A stretch of 64,000 nucleotides of DNA from an uncultured Coriobacteriia bacterium (GTDB lineage: Bacteria; Actinomycetota; Coriobacteriia; Anaerosomatales; JAAXUF01): contig CAWBKW010000009.1 in assembly GCA_963789515.1 (NCBI GenBank), positions 31,088 through 95,087 on the forward strand, written 5' to 3'. The notes under the pieces are model-generated. The model saw only the letters and a program-made list of their open reading frames with translations, was not told the DNA's origin and did not search any database. Shown here piece by piece: positions 50,780 to 61,523 of the stretch (positions within the stretch are counted from its first letter, which is position 1; each line of letters opens with the position of its first letter). Both the position numbers and the translations under genes were made by a program.

Positions 50780-51612
50780 CGGCCCGACCCTTCTCTCTCG
50801 CGGGTGACAAGGTGGACGAACACGTCCTCGATGCTCGAAGTCCTCGCATCGCCGTGTTCGTCGGTCGCCCCGACTTCCGACAGGTAGTGCTCGCGGATCT
50901 GGCGTGGCGAGCCGGTTGCGATGAGCCGTCCGGCATACATGAAGGCGAGTCGCCCGCACTGAGCCGCCTCTTCCATATAGTGCGTGGTCACGAACAGCGT
51001 CACTCCACGACCGGCGAGGTCGTAGAGCAGGTCCCAGAAGTGTCGGCGGGCGACCGGATCCACGCCGCTCGTCGGCTCGTCGAGGAAGAGCAGGTCCGGC
51101 TCGTGGATGGTCGCGGTTCCCAGCGCCAGGCGCTGTTTCCAGCCCACCGACAGGTTCGCGGTGAGCTCGTTCTCGCGGCCCACGAGGTCCGCCATCTTGA
51201 GCACGTAGGCGCGCTGCTCGGCGAACTTCTCGGGAGCCAGGTCGTAGACGCCGGCGTAGAAGCGCAGGTTCTCGTCAACGGTCAGGTCCTCGAAGAGCGA
51301 GAACTTCTGGCTCATGTAGCCGATGCGCCGCTTGGCCTTCTCTGGGTTGGCGACGATGTCCTCGCCAAGGATGGTGATGCTGCCCGACTGCGGAGCGATG
51401 GCGCCGGTGAGCATGCGGATCGTCGTGGTCTTCCCGCTTCCGTTGGGGCCGAGGAAGCCGAAGATCTCGCCGCCTGCCACGTCAAACGCGATGTCGTCCA
51501 CCGCGGTGAAATCGCCGAAGCGCTTGGTGAGGCCCCGCACCGATACGGCGACGTCTGAGGGAGGGCTGCTCGCCGGCAGGGATTCGGTCGCGGGACCGGT
51601 CACGTCAACCAT
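50776..51612 (-). CDS. ABC transporter ATP-binding protein
   Basis: GPNGSGKT, LSVGWKQR, FLDEPTSG, TTHY. Confidence 0.93.
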   Translation of the reverse strand: MVDVTGPATESLPASSPPSDVAVSVRGLTKRFGDFTAVDDIAFDVAGGEIFGFLGPNGSGKTTTIRMLTGAIAPQSGSITILGEDIVANPEKAKRRIGYMSQKFSLFEDLTVDENLRFYAGVYDLAPEKFAEQRAYVLKMADLVGRENELTANLSVGWKQRLALGTATIHEPDLLFLDEPTSGVDPVARRHFWDLLYDLAGRGVTLFVTTHYMEEAAQCGRLAFMYAGRLIATGSPRQIREHYLSEVGATDEHGDARTSSIEDVFVHLVTREREGSGR

Positions 51613-51615
51613 CTC

Positions 51616-52737
51616 CTAGTCGCTCAGTCGTTTGTGGAAGCTGAACACCGCGGAACCCAGAAGCACCACCGAGAACAGGGCCAGGGCGAGCAGTTGCCAG
51701 ATGAGCTCTCTCGCCCCTGCGCCCTCGATGAACGTCCCGCGCAGGATCTCGATCGCATACCGAAGCGGGATGACGTAGGAGATGACCTGGAAGACGGGCG
51801 GCATCGACGCCACCGGGAAGATGAAGCCGGACAGGATGAAGAACGGAAGCATGATGAACATGACGGTCTGCTGCGCCTGCTGCCGCGTATGAGAGACGAG
51901 CGAGATGAACAGGCCGAGCGCGACCGTCGTGAGCATGAACAGGAACAGCCCCAGTACCACGACCCACAGCTGGCCATGGAAGGGCACTCTGAACCACAAC
52001 CGTCCCACGAGCGCGACGGTCGACATCTGCACCACGCCGATCAGAACGTAGGGAGTGAGCTTGCCCACCAGGTAGTCACCACGGCTGATGGGCGTGACGA
52101 ACATCTGCTCGAGCGTGCCGCGCTCCCGCTCACGCACCACGGACTGGGACATGATGGAGGCCATCGACAGGATGAGAATGGTCGCTATCAGCCCCGGGAT
52201 CATCGAGTTGACCGCTCGTAGACTCGGGTTGTACTCGACGCGGACCCGGGCATCGAGACCGGGACCGGCGATGGTGAGTCCCTGTTCGGCCAGGCGCTTG
52301 GCGTTGAACGCCGAGATCAGCTGAGATGCGTACCCGCTGCCGGCGCTCGCGATCCGACTGTCGGACCCGTCGACGATGATGCCGACCGCAGCCGCGTCGC
52401 CGCCCGAGACCCTCGATTCGGTGCCCTCGGGGATGACGAGTGCGACCTTCACGTCACCTCGGTCCAGCAAGGGGCGCAGGTCGCTCTCTTGGGCCGGGCG
52501 ATGGGTGATCTTGAAGTAGCCGGAGCTGGCGAAGCTCTCGGCGAGTCGGCGGGAGGTGACCGTGCGGTCCAGGTCGACCACCGCCGTGGAGAGGTTCTTC
52601 ACGTCGGCGCCCACGACATAGCCCATCAGCACCAGCTGGAGCACCGGAAGCAGAAGGAGCAGGCGAAGCAGCAGCGGATCTCTTCGGAGCTGGAGGAACT
52701 CCTTCCACATGAGGAGGCGTACGCGCTTGGCGTTCAT
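51616..52737 (-). CDS. ABC-2 transporter permease (YbhR-like)
   Basis: KEFLQLRRD, VRERERGTLEQ, LSGFIFP. Confidence 0.9.
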   Translation of the reverse strand: MNAKRVRLLMWKEFLQLRRDPLLLRLLLLLPVLQLVLMGYVVGADVKNLSTAVVDLDRTVTSRRLAESFASSGYFKITHRPAQESDLRPLLDRGDVKVALVIPEGTESRVSGGDAAAVGIIVDGSDSRIASAGSGYASQLISAFNAKRLAEQGLTIAGPGLDARVRVEYNPSLRAVNSMIPGLIATILILSMASIMSQSVVRERERGTLEQMFVTPISRGDYLVGKLTPYVLIGVVQMSTVALVGRLWFRVPFHGQLWVVVLGLFLFMLTTVALGLFISLVSHTRQQAQQTVMFIMLPFFILSGFIFPVASMPPVFQVISYVIPLRYAIEILRGTFIEGAGARELIWQLLALALFSVVLLGSAVFSFHKRLSD

Positions 52738-53882
52738 CGGGCGTCCCGCCTGCCGTAGAGGACTGATGCGATGACGATCACCAAGAGCGAGTACCCGGCG
52801 AGCAAGGCCAGTTGGGGCCAGAGCTCAGGGAAGCCGGCGCCCTTGAGAAAGACCCCGCGCGAGATGACGATCATGTAGCGCGCCGGGAAGAGGTAGCTCA
52901 CCGCCTGGAGGAAGGGCGGAATCGATTCGAGCGGGAACGCGAAGCCGGAAAGGATGAATGCCGGGAGGAACGCGACCATGAGCGCGATGATGTTCGCCGA
53001 CTCCATGCTGGGCGCAAGCGCCGAGATGATCAGGCCCAGGCCCAGAGATGCGAACACGAAGAAGGCTGCTGACACGGCAAGGAACCCCACGCTTCCGCGG
53101 AGAGGTATGCGGAAGAACCCGAGCCCGACGAGCGCGATCACCATCATGTCGACGAACGCCAGGAGCGTCCACGGCAGCAGCTTCGCGAACATGAGCTCGG
53201 GTAGCCGCAACGGGCTGACCAGCATCTGTTCCTGCGTGCCCAGGTCGCGCTCGCGGACCAAGGTGACCGCGGTCTGCTGCACGGTGACGATCATGATGAT
53301 TACCACCATCAGGCCGGGGATCAGGAAGTCGGCCGACTTGCGCTCAGGGTTGTACCAGGTGCGTACACGCGGTTCGAGCCGGCCGACTTGCGTCGTGTCG
53401 ATACCCTGCCGGTCGGCCCACTCCACGAGCACCTTGTTGCTGTACGCCTGGTTGAGCGCGATGGCGTACGCCTGGCCCAACTGCGCGGCGTTGGGCTCCG
53501 TGCCGTCGACCATGACGGCCACCTGCGCCTTCTCGCCGCGAGCGAGTGAGCGAGCGAATCCGGGCGGCACCACGACGGCGATCTGGGCAAGGTTGCGCTG
53601 GAACGCGTCGTCGACGCCGGCGAGGTTATCGATGGAGCCTTGCACCGCGAAGAAGTCCGACGACCGGTACGTCTGAAGGTACGCACGGCTCTCCGCCGTC
53701 TTGTCTTGATCGAGCACCACGGTCGGGACGTTCTTCACGTCGAAGCTGATCGCGTAGGAGAAGAGCAACAGCTGCACGATGGGTACGACAAGGACCGCGA
53801 TGAGCATGCGCGGGTCGCGCCGGATATGGATGAACTCCTTGCGCGCGATGGCGCTGATGCGGGAGTAGGCGGCGGCGATCAT
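52734..53882 (-). CDS. ABC-2 transporter permease (YbhS-like)
   Basis: KEFIHIRRD, WYNP, VRERDLGTQEQ, LSGFAFP. Confidence 0.9.
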   Translation of the reverse strand: MIAAAYSRISAIARKEFIHIRRDPRMLIAVLVVPIVQLLLFSYAISFDVKNVPTVVLDQDKTAESRAYLQTYRSSDFFAVQGSIDNLAGVDDAFQRNLAQIAVVVPPGFARSLARGEKAQVAVMVDGTEPNAAQLGQAYAIALNQAYSNKVLVEWADRQGIDTTQVGRLEPRVRTWYNPERKSADFLIPGLMVVIIMIVTVQQTAVTLVRERDLGTQEQMLVSPLRLPELMFAKLLPWTLLAFVDMMVIALVGLGFFRIPLRGSVGFLAVSAAFFVFASLGLGLIISALAPSMESANIIALMVAFLPAFILSGFAFPLESIPPFLQAVSYLFPARYMIVISRGVFLKGAGFPELWPQLALLAGYSLLVIVIASVLYGRRDAR

Positions 53883-54826
53883 GAGGCATCGCCTACCTGC
53901 TCGGCGAGGTACGCGAATGCGGCCTCCATGTCGATCTCGGTCGGCCGGGCATCCGTGACGGTCAGTCCGGCCGCTCGCACCTGGCCGAGAAGCGCGGCGG
54001 CGTCGGGGCCTTCGGAAGCGGAGAGCACGCGCACGACGTCGCCGTAGAGGTGCGCGGAGATCACGCCGTCCGCATCGGTGAGAACCGCGAGGGCCGCGCG
54101 CGGGTCTGGTGCAGCGACCTCGAACAGTACTCCGGGCACCAACGCCTTCACCTCGGCCGGGGTACCGGCGTACGGGATCCGTCCGTCACCCATGAAGGCG
54201 ATGTCTGTGCAGCGCTCGGCCTCGTCCATGTAGGGGGTGGCGACCAACACGGTCTTCTCGGCGGTCTGGAGGTCGGCGATGATGCGCCAGAACTCGCGGC
54301 GCGAGAGCGGATCGACGCCGGTGGTGGGTTCGTCGAGCAGCAGCAGGTCCGGCTCGTGCATGAGCGTGGAGGCGAGCATCAGCTTCTGCTTCATGCCGCC
54401 CGAGAGGTGCTGCGCCTGGCGGTCGGCGAACTCCGCGAGGCCCATCGACTCCAGCAGCGAGGCGGCGCGCGAACGGCGCAGCGGCGCAGGCACGCCGCGG
54501 ATGCGTGCGAAGAACTCGAGGTTCTCGGCGACGGAGAGGTCGGGGTACATCGAGAAACGCTGCGACATGTAGCCGATGCGCGGTGTCACGCGCCGGTGCG
54601 CGTGCACCACCGAGTCGCCGAAGACGAACGCATCGCCGGCGTCGGGTGCGAGCACGGTCGAGAGCATGCGGATCAGCGTCGACTTGCCCGCGCCGTCCGG
54701 GCCGAGCAGGCCGAAGACCGCGCCCTGGCGCACGACCAGGTCGACCCCGTCGACGGCACGCACGTCGCCGAACGTGCGGCGCAGGGACAGCGCTTCGATG
54801 GCGGGTGTATCGGTGGGGTCGGGCAC
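53879..54826 (-). CDS. ABC transporter ATP-binding protein
   Basis: GPDGAGKS, LSGGMKQK, LLDEPTTG. Confidence 0.93.
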   Translation of the reverse strand: MPDPTDTPAIEALSLRRTFGDVRAVDGVDLVVRQGAVFGLLGPDGAGKSTLIRMLSTVLAPDAGDAFVFGDSVVHAHRRVTPRIGYMSQRFSMYPDLSVAENLEFFARIRGVPAPLRRSRAASLLESMGLAEFADRQAQHLSGGMKQKLMLASTLMHEPDLLLLDEPTTGVDPLSRREFWRIIADLQTAEKTVLVATPYMDEAERCTDIAFMGDGRIPYAGTPAEVKALVPGVLFEVAAPDPRAALAVLTDADGVISAHLYGDVVRVLSASEGPDAAALLGQVRAAGLTVTDARPTEIDMEAAFAYLAEQVGDAS

Positions 54827-54827
54827 G

Positions 54828-55610
54828 CTAGAACGTCACGTCCACGGGCATGCCGGCCTTGAGGACACCGCTCGCATCGCTCAGGCGGACGCGCACTTCG
54901 TATACGAGCTTGACCCGCTGCTCTTTGGTCTCGACGTTGTTGGGCGTGAACTCGGCCTGTGAAGCGATGAACTCGACGGTGCCCGGGTAGATGGCGTCGC
55001 TCGAGTCCGTCTTGACCGTGGCCGCCGCGCCGAGCTTGACGTCGCCGATCCGGGTCTCAGGCACGAACACGCGCACGAACAGGTCGTTCGTGTCCGAGAT
55101 GGTGGCGATCGTCTTGCCCGGGCTCGCGTTCTGCCCGGCGTTGGCAGCGACGGCCGACACTACGCCGGCGTGCGGCGCGGTGACGACGGCGTAGCCCAGC
55201 TGCACCTTCGCCAGCTGGACGGCCGCCTGCGCCTGCGTGACTCGGGCCTTGGCGGCCTTGACCTCGGCGTCGGTGCCGTCGTTCTTCGCTTGCGTCACGG
55301 CGGCCTTGGCCGCGCTGACTCCCGCGACGGCTTGCGCGAGCTGCAGCTCGAGCGCGCGCTTGTCCAGCTTCGCGATCACGGCGCCGGCCGTGACGCTGGC
55401 GCCCTCACTCACGGTGACCGTCTCGATGCGCCCCGCCATCGCCGGGGCGATCTGATACTCGGTCTGCTCCACGGTGCCGCTCGCGGTCAGCGATCCGTTC
55501 GTTGCGGCCTGTTGAGAGCTCCACCACCAGTAGCCGAGCCCCGCCGCCACGAGCAGGATCACGATCACCACCACTGCTATCGGCCGCCGCCCGCGCTGTT
55601 CGTTAGCCAT
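54828..55610 (-). CDS. HlyD-family adaptor protein (YbhG-like)
   Basis: N-terminal TM, ASGTVE, lipoyl halves, AEFTPNNVET, LKAGMP. Confidence 0.88.
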   Translation of the reverse strand: MANEQRGRRPIAVVVIVILLVAAGLGYWWWSSQQAATNGSLTASGTVEQTEYQIAPAMAGRIETVTVSEGASVTAGAVIAKLDKRALELQLAQAVAGVSAAKAAVTQAKNDGTDAEVKAAKARVTQAQAAVQLAKVQLGYAVVTAPHAGVVSAVAANAGQNASPGKTIATISDTNDLFVRVFVPETRIGDVKLGAAATVKTDSSDAIYPGTVEFIASQAEFTPNNVETKEQRVKLVYEVRVRLSDASGVLKAGMPVDVTF

Positions 55611-55669
55611 CTCGCCTCACCCGACCTGTTCTTCCGTCGCCCGCTGCCATGGTGCCGTGCCGTTCGCCA

Positions 55670-56905
55670 CTACTCCCCGATAAACCGGACGTCGACCGGC
55701 GTGCCGGGTGGCAGCGCAGGCTGTTCGGCGGTGTCCGAGAGCGTCGTCTCGACGCGGATCGCCCGCGTGAGGTGTATCTCGCTGGTCGCGAAGGATGTAG
55801 GCGGGTACTCCGCCCGTGTGCCGATGCGCGTCACGCGCCCCCTGATCGGTGTGCCACCCGTGCCCACAGGGAACCAGTCCGCGCGAACCTCGGTCGCAGT
55901 GCCGATCTTCACCGCACCCAACTCCTCGGGCGCGAGCCACGTGATCACGCGCGGCGGACCGCTCCGGCGTACCTCGGCGACGGTCGCTCCGGGCGCGAGC
56001 ACATCACCCACCGACGCGACGCTCACGACCGTGCCGTCGACAGGGGACCGCACGACCGCCAGCTCGCGTTGGTACTCGGCGAGCCGCACGCCCACCTTGG
56101 CCGCGTCGACCGACACGCGAGCGAGCACGCGAAGGTCCCCGAGCTGTCTGCGCGCGTCGGCCAGCTTCGCGCTTGCCGAGGAGAGCTGGGCGCGACCGGC
56201 GCTCACTTGGGCGAGGCCGGCGTCGATCTGCGCGAGCGCCGCCGTGAGTTGCGTGATTCCGGCGCGCAGTTGCGCGGGGTCGGGGAGCGGACCGCCCGGC
56301 GGTACCGTTCCGGGGGGCTTGCCTCCGCCCCCGCCCGCGGCTTCGATCTTCGCGAGCAGGGCCTTGGCGTCGGTGAGTTGCGTGGCAAGCTTGGCGCGCG
56401 TGGTCGCTAGCAGCGTCGCTGCGTCGTTGATCTGGGCGCGCTTTGACGCGAGCGTCGACCGGTTGGAGGCCACGGTGTCGAGCGCGTCGTCCAGGACGCC
56501 CACCTGCGCGCGTGCGGAGGCGACCGTGCTCTTCGCGATTGCGACGTTGGCATCGAGTGCTGCCGAGTCAAGCCGCGCGATCTCCTGCCCCTCGTGGACA
56601 CCGACGCCTGCCGTCACCGAGACGCTCGCCACGCGCGCCACGGTGCCGAGGCCGGTGAGCGCTGCCGGCGTGGCGACGGCGCTGCGCCGGGCGCCGGTCG
56701 AGCGGTCGCTGGCCGTGGTGGGTGCGAAGCCCGCGTCGAGATCGACCGAGGGCATAGGGAGCGCCGGAGCCTGGAGCGTCACGGTGTCGTCGACGACTTC
56801 GCCCGCGAAGTCCCGAGGGGCCCCGTTCCGGGCACAGCCCGAGAGCGCCGCGCACGTGAGTGCGGCGACGAGGCTGACGGCGACAAGGCGGGCGGGCGTG
56901 AGCAT
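55670..56905 (-). CDS. HlyD-family adaptor lipoprotein with long coiled coil
   Basis: Lipobox LSGC, VRSPVDGTV, AEYPP, LPPGTPVDV. Confidence 0.8.
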   Translation of the reverse strand: MLTPARLVAVSLVAALTCAALSGCARNGAPRDFAGEVVDDTVTLQAPALPMPSVDLDAGFAPTTASDRSTGARRSAVATPAALTGLGTVARVASVSVTAGVGVHEGQEIARLDSAALDANVAIAKSTVASARAQVGVLDDALDTVASNRSTLASKRAQINDAATLLATTRAKLATQLTDAKALLAKIEAAGGGGGKPPGTVPPGGPLPDPAQLRAGITQLTAALAQIDAGLAQVSAGRAQLSSASAKLADARRQLGDLRVLARVSVDAAKVGVRLAEYQRELAVVRSPVDGTVVSVASVGDVLAPGATVAEVRRSGPPRVITWLAPEELGAVKIGTATEVRADWFPVGTGGTPIRGRVTRIGTRAEYPPTSFATSEIHLTRAIRVETTLSDTAEQPALPPGTPVDVRFIGE

Positions 56906-56924
56906 GGAGTTCCTCGGCAAGCGA

Positions 56925-56956
56925 GCGTAGGTTAGTTATCGATAACTAACTTACGC
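56925..56956. promoter_or_regulatory. TetR-type operator overlapping the efflux operon promoter
   Basis: Perfect 20-bp palindrome GTTAGTTATCGATAACTAAC (56931-56950) extended by GCGTA/TACGC; overlaps the minus-strand promoter TTGCCT-N18-TAAGTT. Confidence 0.8.
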
Positions 56957-57152
56957 CGATGCACTCCATGAAGGCAAGCACGAGGCACAACGGCGCTTCC
57001 CGAGGTGGCGCTCGCTCTTCGCGTGCGGCATACTACGCGCGCACGCTTCATCACGGTGGAGCGTCGCGCACGCCCTCGGGAAGTCGGCGTGCACGGTCCG
57101 GGAGCGGCAGAGATGAGTCCGCGGGACCCAGCACTCACGGGAGTAACCTCAC

Positions 57153-58443
57153 ATGGCCGGTATCGTGCTGGTCGGCGCCCAATGGGGCGACGAAGGCAAG
57201 GGGAAGATCACCGACCTGCTCGCCGACGACATGGACTACGTCGTCCGCTTCCAGGGCGGTAACAACGCAGGGCACACCATCATCCACGGCGGGCGTACGC
57301 TCAAGCTGCACCTGATTCCGTCGGGGATCATGTATCCCCACATCACGCCGGTCATCGGCAACGGGGTCGTCATCGATCCCAAAGTCATGCTCGACGAGAT
57401 GGACGTACTCGAGGCGGATGGCCTGTCGACGCACAAGCTCCTCATCTCCACCAACGCCCATCTCATCATGCCGTACCACCGCGATCTGGATGGCGCGAGC
57501 GAACACCGGCTCGGGAGCAACGAGATCGGCACCACGCGACGCGGCATTGGGCCGGCCTACATGGACAAGGCCTCTCGCATGGGCCTGCGCATCCAGGACC
57601 TCACCGATGAGCACATCTTCCGCAAGAAGGTCGAAGCGGCGCTGCTCGAGAAGAACGACATCCTGTCCAAGGTCTACGACATGCGGACGTACACCGTCGA
57701 CGAGATCGTCGACGAGTACATGGGCTACGCGGAGCGCATCAGGCCACACATCGCCGATACATCGCTCATCCTCAACAAGGCGCTCGAGTCCGACCAGTGG
57801 GTGTTCTTCGAGGGCGCGCAGGGCACGCTGCTCGACATCGACCACGGCACGTACCCCTTCGTGACCTCGTCGCCGTGCACCGCCGGCGGCGCGTGCACCG
57901 GAACCGGAGTCGGCCCGCGCCACATCGACCGCGTGCTCGGCATCGCAAAGGCCTACATCACACGCGTCGGCTCGGGGCCGTTCCCGACGGAGTTGCACGA
58001 CGAGACCGGCGAGCTGCTCCAGAAGGTCGGCGGCGAGTGGGGAACCACCACCGGCCGACAGCGTCGCTGCGGGTGGTACGACGGCGTCATCGTGCGCTAT
58101 GCGGTGCAGGTCAACGGCCTGACCGACCTGGTGATCACCAAGCTCGATGTGCTCTCGGCGGTCGACACGATCAAGGTGTGCGTCGCCTACGAATACGATG
58201 GCAAGCGCTACAACAACCTGCCCTGCCACCAGACGGCGTTCCATCACGCCAAGCCCATCTACGAGGAGCTCCCCGGCTGGGGGACCGACATAACCGCATG
58301 TCGCACCTTCGAGGAGTTGCCCAAACGGGCACGTGACTACATCAGCTTCATCGAAGACCTCGCCGACGTGCCCGTGTCGATGATCGCAGTCGGGCCCGAG
58401 TCGGGAACAGACCATCATGAGGCGCTGGGAATCCCGGCCCTAG
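57153..58443 (+). CDS. purA: Adenylosuccinate synthetase; 1-nt insertion near 58395
   Basis: [43 protein letters not shown]; the tail GPSREQTI lies in the shifted frame ending at TAG 58441-58443. Confidence 0.95.
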
Positions 58444-58542
58444 GGTCTATCCGAAAGCTCGCTGTTACCTCCTGCGGCGGACAAGCGGGTACACTATGGG
58501 CTGGGTTTCAACGCACTGATGTCGTTCATCCAGGGAGAATTC

Positions 58543-60084
58543 GTGTCGATAGGAACTGAATCGGCTGTCGAGCCGCGCCGCAATCCCGGTCACGCCCTCA
58601 CCGGCGTGCTCTCGTGGGCAACCATCGCTCTGGCCGTGCTGGGCTGCTTCTTCTTCCCGCGCGTGTGGATGGCCATCGCGACGATCTTCCTCATCTACTT
58701 CATCGTGCGCATGTGCGTGACCACGGTGTTCGCGCTCATCGGACAACGCAGGATCCAGGAGTGGAAGAAGCGCGATTTCACCGAAGGCGAAGACACCGTC
58801 GGAGCGTTCGGCTTCGCTCCGTCTGACGTGCGGCACGTGGTGATCGTCCCCACGTACAAGGAGCCGGCCGCGATCCTCCATCGGACGCTGGACGCCCTGG
58901 CGGCCCAGCACCGGGCGGACGAGCGCCTGATCGTGGTGCTCGGCATGGAGGAGCGCGAGGCCGATGCCCGCGCGAAGTCCGACGCGATGATCAAGGAATA
59001 CGCGGGGCGCTTCCTGCACATGATGGCCACCATTCACCCCGGCAACATCCCCGGTGAGGAGCCTGGCAAGTCATCCAACGAGGCCTGGGCAGGCCGCAAG
59101 GCCCGCGCCGAGATCGACCGCCTTGGGATCGATCCCGCGCTTGCCACCATCACGTCCTGCGACGCGGACTCAGTGTTGGATCCCTCGTACTTCTCGGCGG
59201 TGGCGGCATCGTTCGCGGTGGAGGAGCGTCGGCACCTGTCGTTCTGGCAGGCGCCCATCTTCTTCTACAACAATATCTGGCAGGTCCCCGCGCCCGTACG
59301 CTTCACCACGTGGATGCAGCACGCCTCCCAGCTCTCCGAGCTGGCAACGCCGGGGTTCGACTCGCTCCCCATCTCGACCTACACGCTCTCGCTCGAGCTG
59401 TGCGAACGCTGTGGCTGGTGGGATCCGGCGGTCATCCCGGAGGACTGGCACTCGTACCTGAACTGCCTCTTCGAGTCCGGTGACGAGATCGCCGTTCACC
59501 CGATCTTCTTGCCGACTCACGGTGACGCGACCGACGGCGAGGGCATGCGCGATGCGCTCAAGAACCGCTTCGAGCAGCTCAAGCGGCATTCGTGGGGAGC
59601 CGAGGACGTCGGCTACATGTGGGGCCAGCTCACCGAGCGCAAGAACACGTGGCGCTCCTCCACCGTGTTCCGTTTCACCCAGGTACTCCACGATCACAGC
59701 ATGCGCGTCATCAACTGGGTCGCACTCACCAGCATCTACGTGCTGACGTTCCACTACTCACGGATGCACTGGTACGACCTGGGCTGGCGCGCTTCGATCG
59801 CGCAGAACATCGTGATCCTCAACGTGCTGTTCAGTCTGGGCACGATGATCATGCTCACGTCGATTCTGCTCGAGCTCTGGCGCTGTCCTCCGCCTGACAG
59901 CAAGTCAAGGCTGGGCACCGCCGTCGAGATCATGGCGCTGTGGCTCCTGCTTCCGATGCTCGGCCTGGTTCTGGGCATGCTTCCGGCGCTCTCGGCCCAG
60001 ACTCGTCTGATGCTGGGGATTCCCCTCGGCTACAAGGTGACTCCCAAGCGCTTCGCCGAGCCGGTTCCGCAGAAGGCCGCCTAG
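58543..60084 (+). CDS. Membrane-bound family 2 glycosyltransferase (processive type)
   Basis: [31 protein letters not shown]; TM helices at both ends. Confidence 0.82.
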   Translation: MSIGTESAVEPRRNPGHALTGVLSWATIALAVLGCFFFPRVWMAIATIFLIYFIVRMCVTTVFALIGQRRIQEWKKRDFTEGEDTVGAFGFAPSDVRHVVIVPTYKEPAAILHRTLDALAAQHRADERLIVVLGMEEREADARAKSDAMIKEYAGRFLHMMATIHPGNIPGEEPGKSSNEAWAGRKARAEIDRLGIDPALATITSCDADSVLDPSYFSAVAASFAVEERRHLSFWQAPIFFYNNIWQVPAPVRFTTWMQHASQLSELATPGFDSLPISTYTLSLELCERCGWWDPAVIPEDWHSYLNCLFESGDEIAVHPIFLPTHGDATDGEGMRDALKNRFEQLKRHSWGAEDVGYMWGQLTERKNTWRSSTVFRFTQVLHDHSMRVINWVALTSIYVLTFHYSRMHWYDLGWRASIAQNIVILNVLFSLGTMIMLTSILLELWRCPPPDSKSRLGTAVEIMALWLLLPMLGLVLGMLPALSAQTRLMLGIPLGYKVTPKRFAEPVPQKAA

Positions 60085-60203
60085 CCTTTTCGCCGTTCGG
60101 CACGCCGAGTGGGTCGGCGGTGCTTCGGCTACAATGCGGCAGGACGGCGGCTTCATTCGAGAGGCCCGTCACGGACTGCATCTTCGATGAGCGGGAGACT
60201 GCC

Positions 60204-61496
60204 ATGCGCATCCTCGTCCTTGGTTCCGGCGGCCGTGAACACGCGATCGTCCATTCGCTCGCGGAATCCCCGTCGGTCGATGCCATCTTCGCGGCGCCCG
60301 GCAATGGCGGGACCGCAGGCGAGCGCGTCACGGTCAACGTCGCACTCGACCCCGGCGATGCCCCGGCGGTCGTGGCGTTCGCACGCGAGAACTCCGTGGA
60401 CCTCGCTGTCATCGGACCCGAGGGGCCGCTGTGCGAGGGCCTGGCCGACCACCTTCGAGCCGCCGGTGTTCCGACCGTCGGCCCGGGAGCCGAGGGCGCC
60501 CAGCTCGAGGGAAGCAAGTCCTTCGCGAAGAGCCTGATGGAGCGCGCACACATTCCCACGGCGGGTTCCCGGACCTTCTCGGACCGTGCTTCCGCCGAGG
60601 CCTACGTGGAGACCGTCTCGGCACCGCTCGTCGTCAAGGCGGACGGACTGGCTGCCGGAAAGGGCGTCACCATCGCCGAGACCACCACGGAAGCGCTTGC
60701 GGCGATCGCCGAGTGCTTCGACGGGCGGTTCGGCGAGGCGGGCGACAAGGTGGTCGTCGAGGAGTTCCTCGAGGGCCCGGAAGTCTCGCTGCTGGCGTTC
60801 GTGGACGGCGCGACGGTGCTGCCGATGGCTCCTGCGCAGGACCACAAGCGGGTTGGAGACGGCGACACCGGTCCCAACACCGGCGGGATGGGCGTCTACT
60901 CGCCGGTCCCCGGCGTGACGGCTCATCAGTATGCCCGGATGCTCGAGATCCTCGAGATGACCGTGCGCGAGCTGCTCGAGAGCGGTATCGCCTTCCGAGG
61001 CATCCTGTACGGCGGCTTCATCCTCACCGCCGAGGGCCCGAAGGTACTTGAGTTCAATACGCGGTTCGGTGATCCCGAAACGCAGGTGCTCCTGCCACGG
61101 CTCGAGAACGACCTCGCCGAGGTGCTGCTCGCCCTGGCGAAAGGCGAACTCGATTCGTTCGGGGGCCTGTCGTGGAGCCGCGATGTCGCGGTCTCCGTGG
61201 TGATCGCGAGCGGCGGGTATCCCGGCGACTACGCCACCGGCAAGCCGATCAGCGGTCTCGACGAGGCCGCGGCGCTGCCCGGCGTCACCGTCTACCACGC
61301 AGGAACGACGGTGGGCGAAGACGGCACGGTCGTCAGTGCCGGGGGCCGCGTGCTGAACGTGACCGCCACCGCACCGGAGTTCGAGGAGGCCGTCGCGAGG
61401 GCCTACGAGGCCGTCCGCCTCATCGCCTTCGACGGCTCGTTCTATCGGCATGACATCGCGCACCGGGCCCTGGCCAGCCGGCAGCCCGGAGCCTAG
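60204..61496 (+). CDS. purD: Phosphoribosylamine--glycine ligase
   Basis: GSGGREHA, LEGSK, KADGLAAGKGV, QDHKR, GPNTGGMG, EFNTRFGDPE. Confidence 0.97.
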   Translation: MRILVLGSGGREHAIVHSLAESPSVDAIFAAPGNGGTAGERVTVNVALDPGDAPAVVAFARENSVDLAVIGPEGPLCEGLADHLRAAGVPTVGPGAEGAQLEGSKSFAKSLMERAHIPTAGSRTFSDRASAEAYVETVSAPLVVKADGLAAGKGVTIAETTTEALAAIAECFDGRFGEAGDKVVVEEFLEGPEVSLLAFVDGATVLPMAPAQDHKRVGDGDTGPNTGGMGVYSPVPGVTAHQYARMLEILEMTVRELLESGIAFRGILYGGFILTAEGPKVLEFNTRFGDPETQVLLPRLENDLAEVLLALAKGELDSFGGLSWSRDVAVSVVIASGGYPGDYATGKPISGLDEAAALPGVTVYHAGTTVGEDGTVVSAGGRVLNVTATAPEFEEAVARAYEAVRLIAFDGSFYRHDIAHRALASRQPGA

Positions 61497-61523
61497 CAGC
61501 GCTTCAGAAGGAGCCGAATCCAC

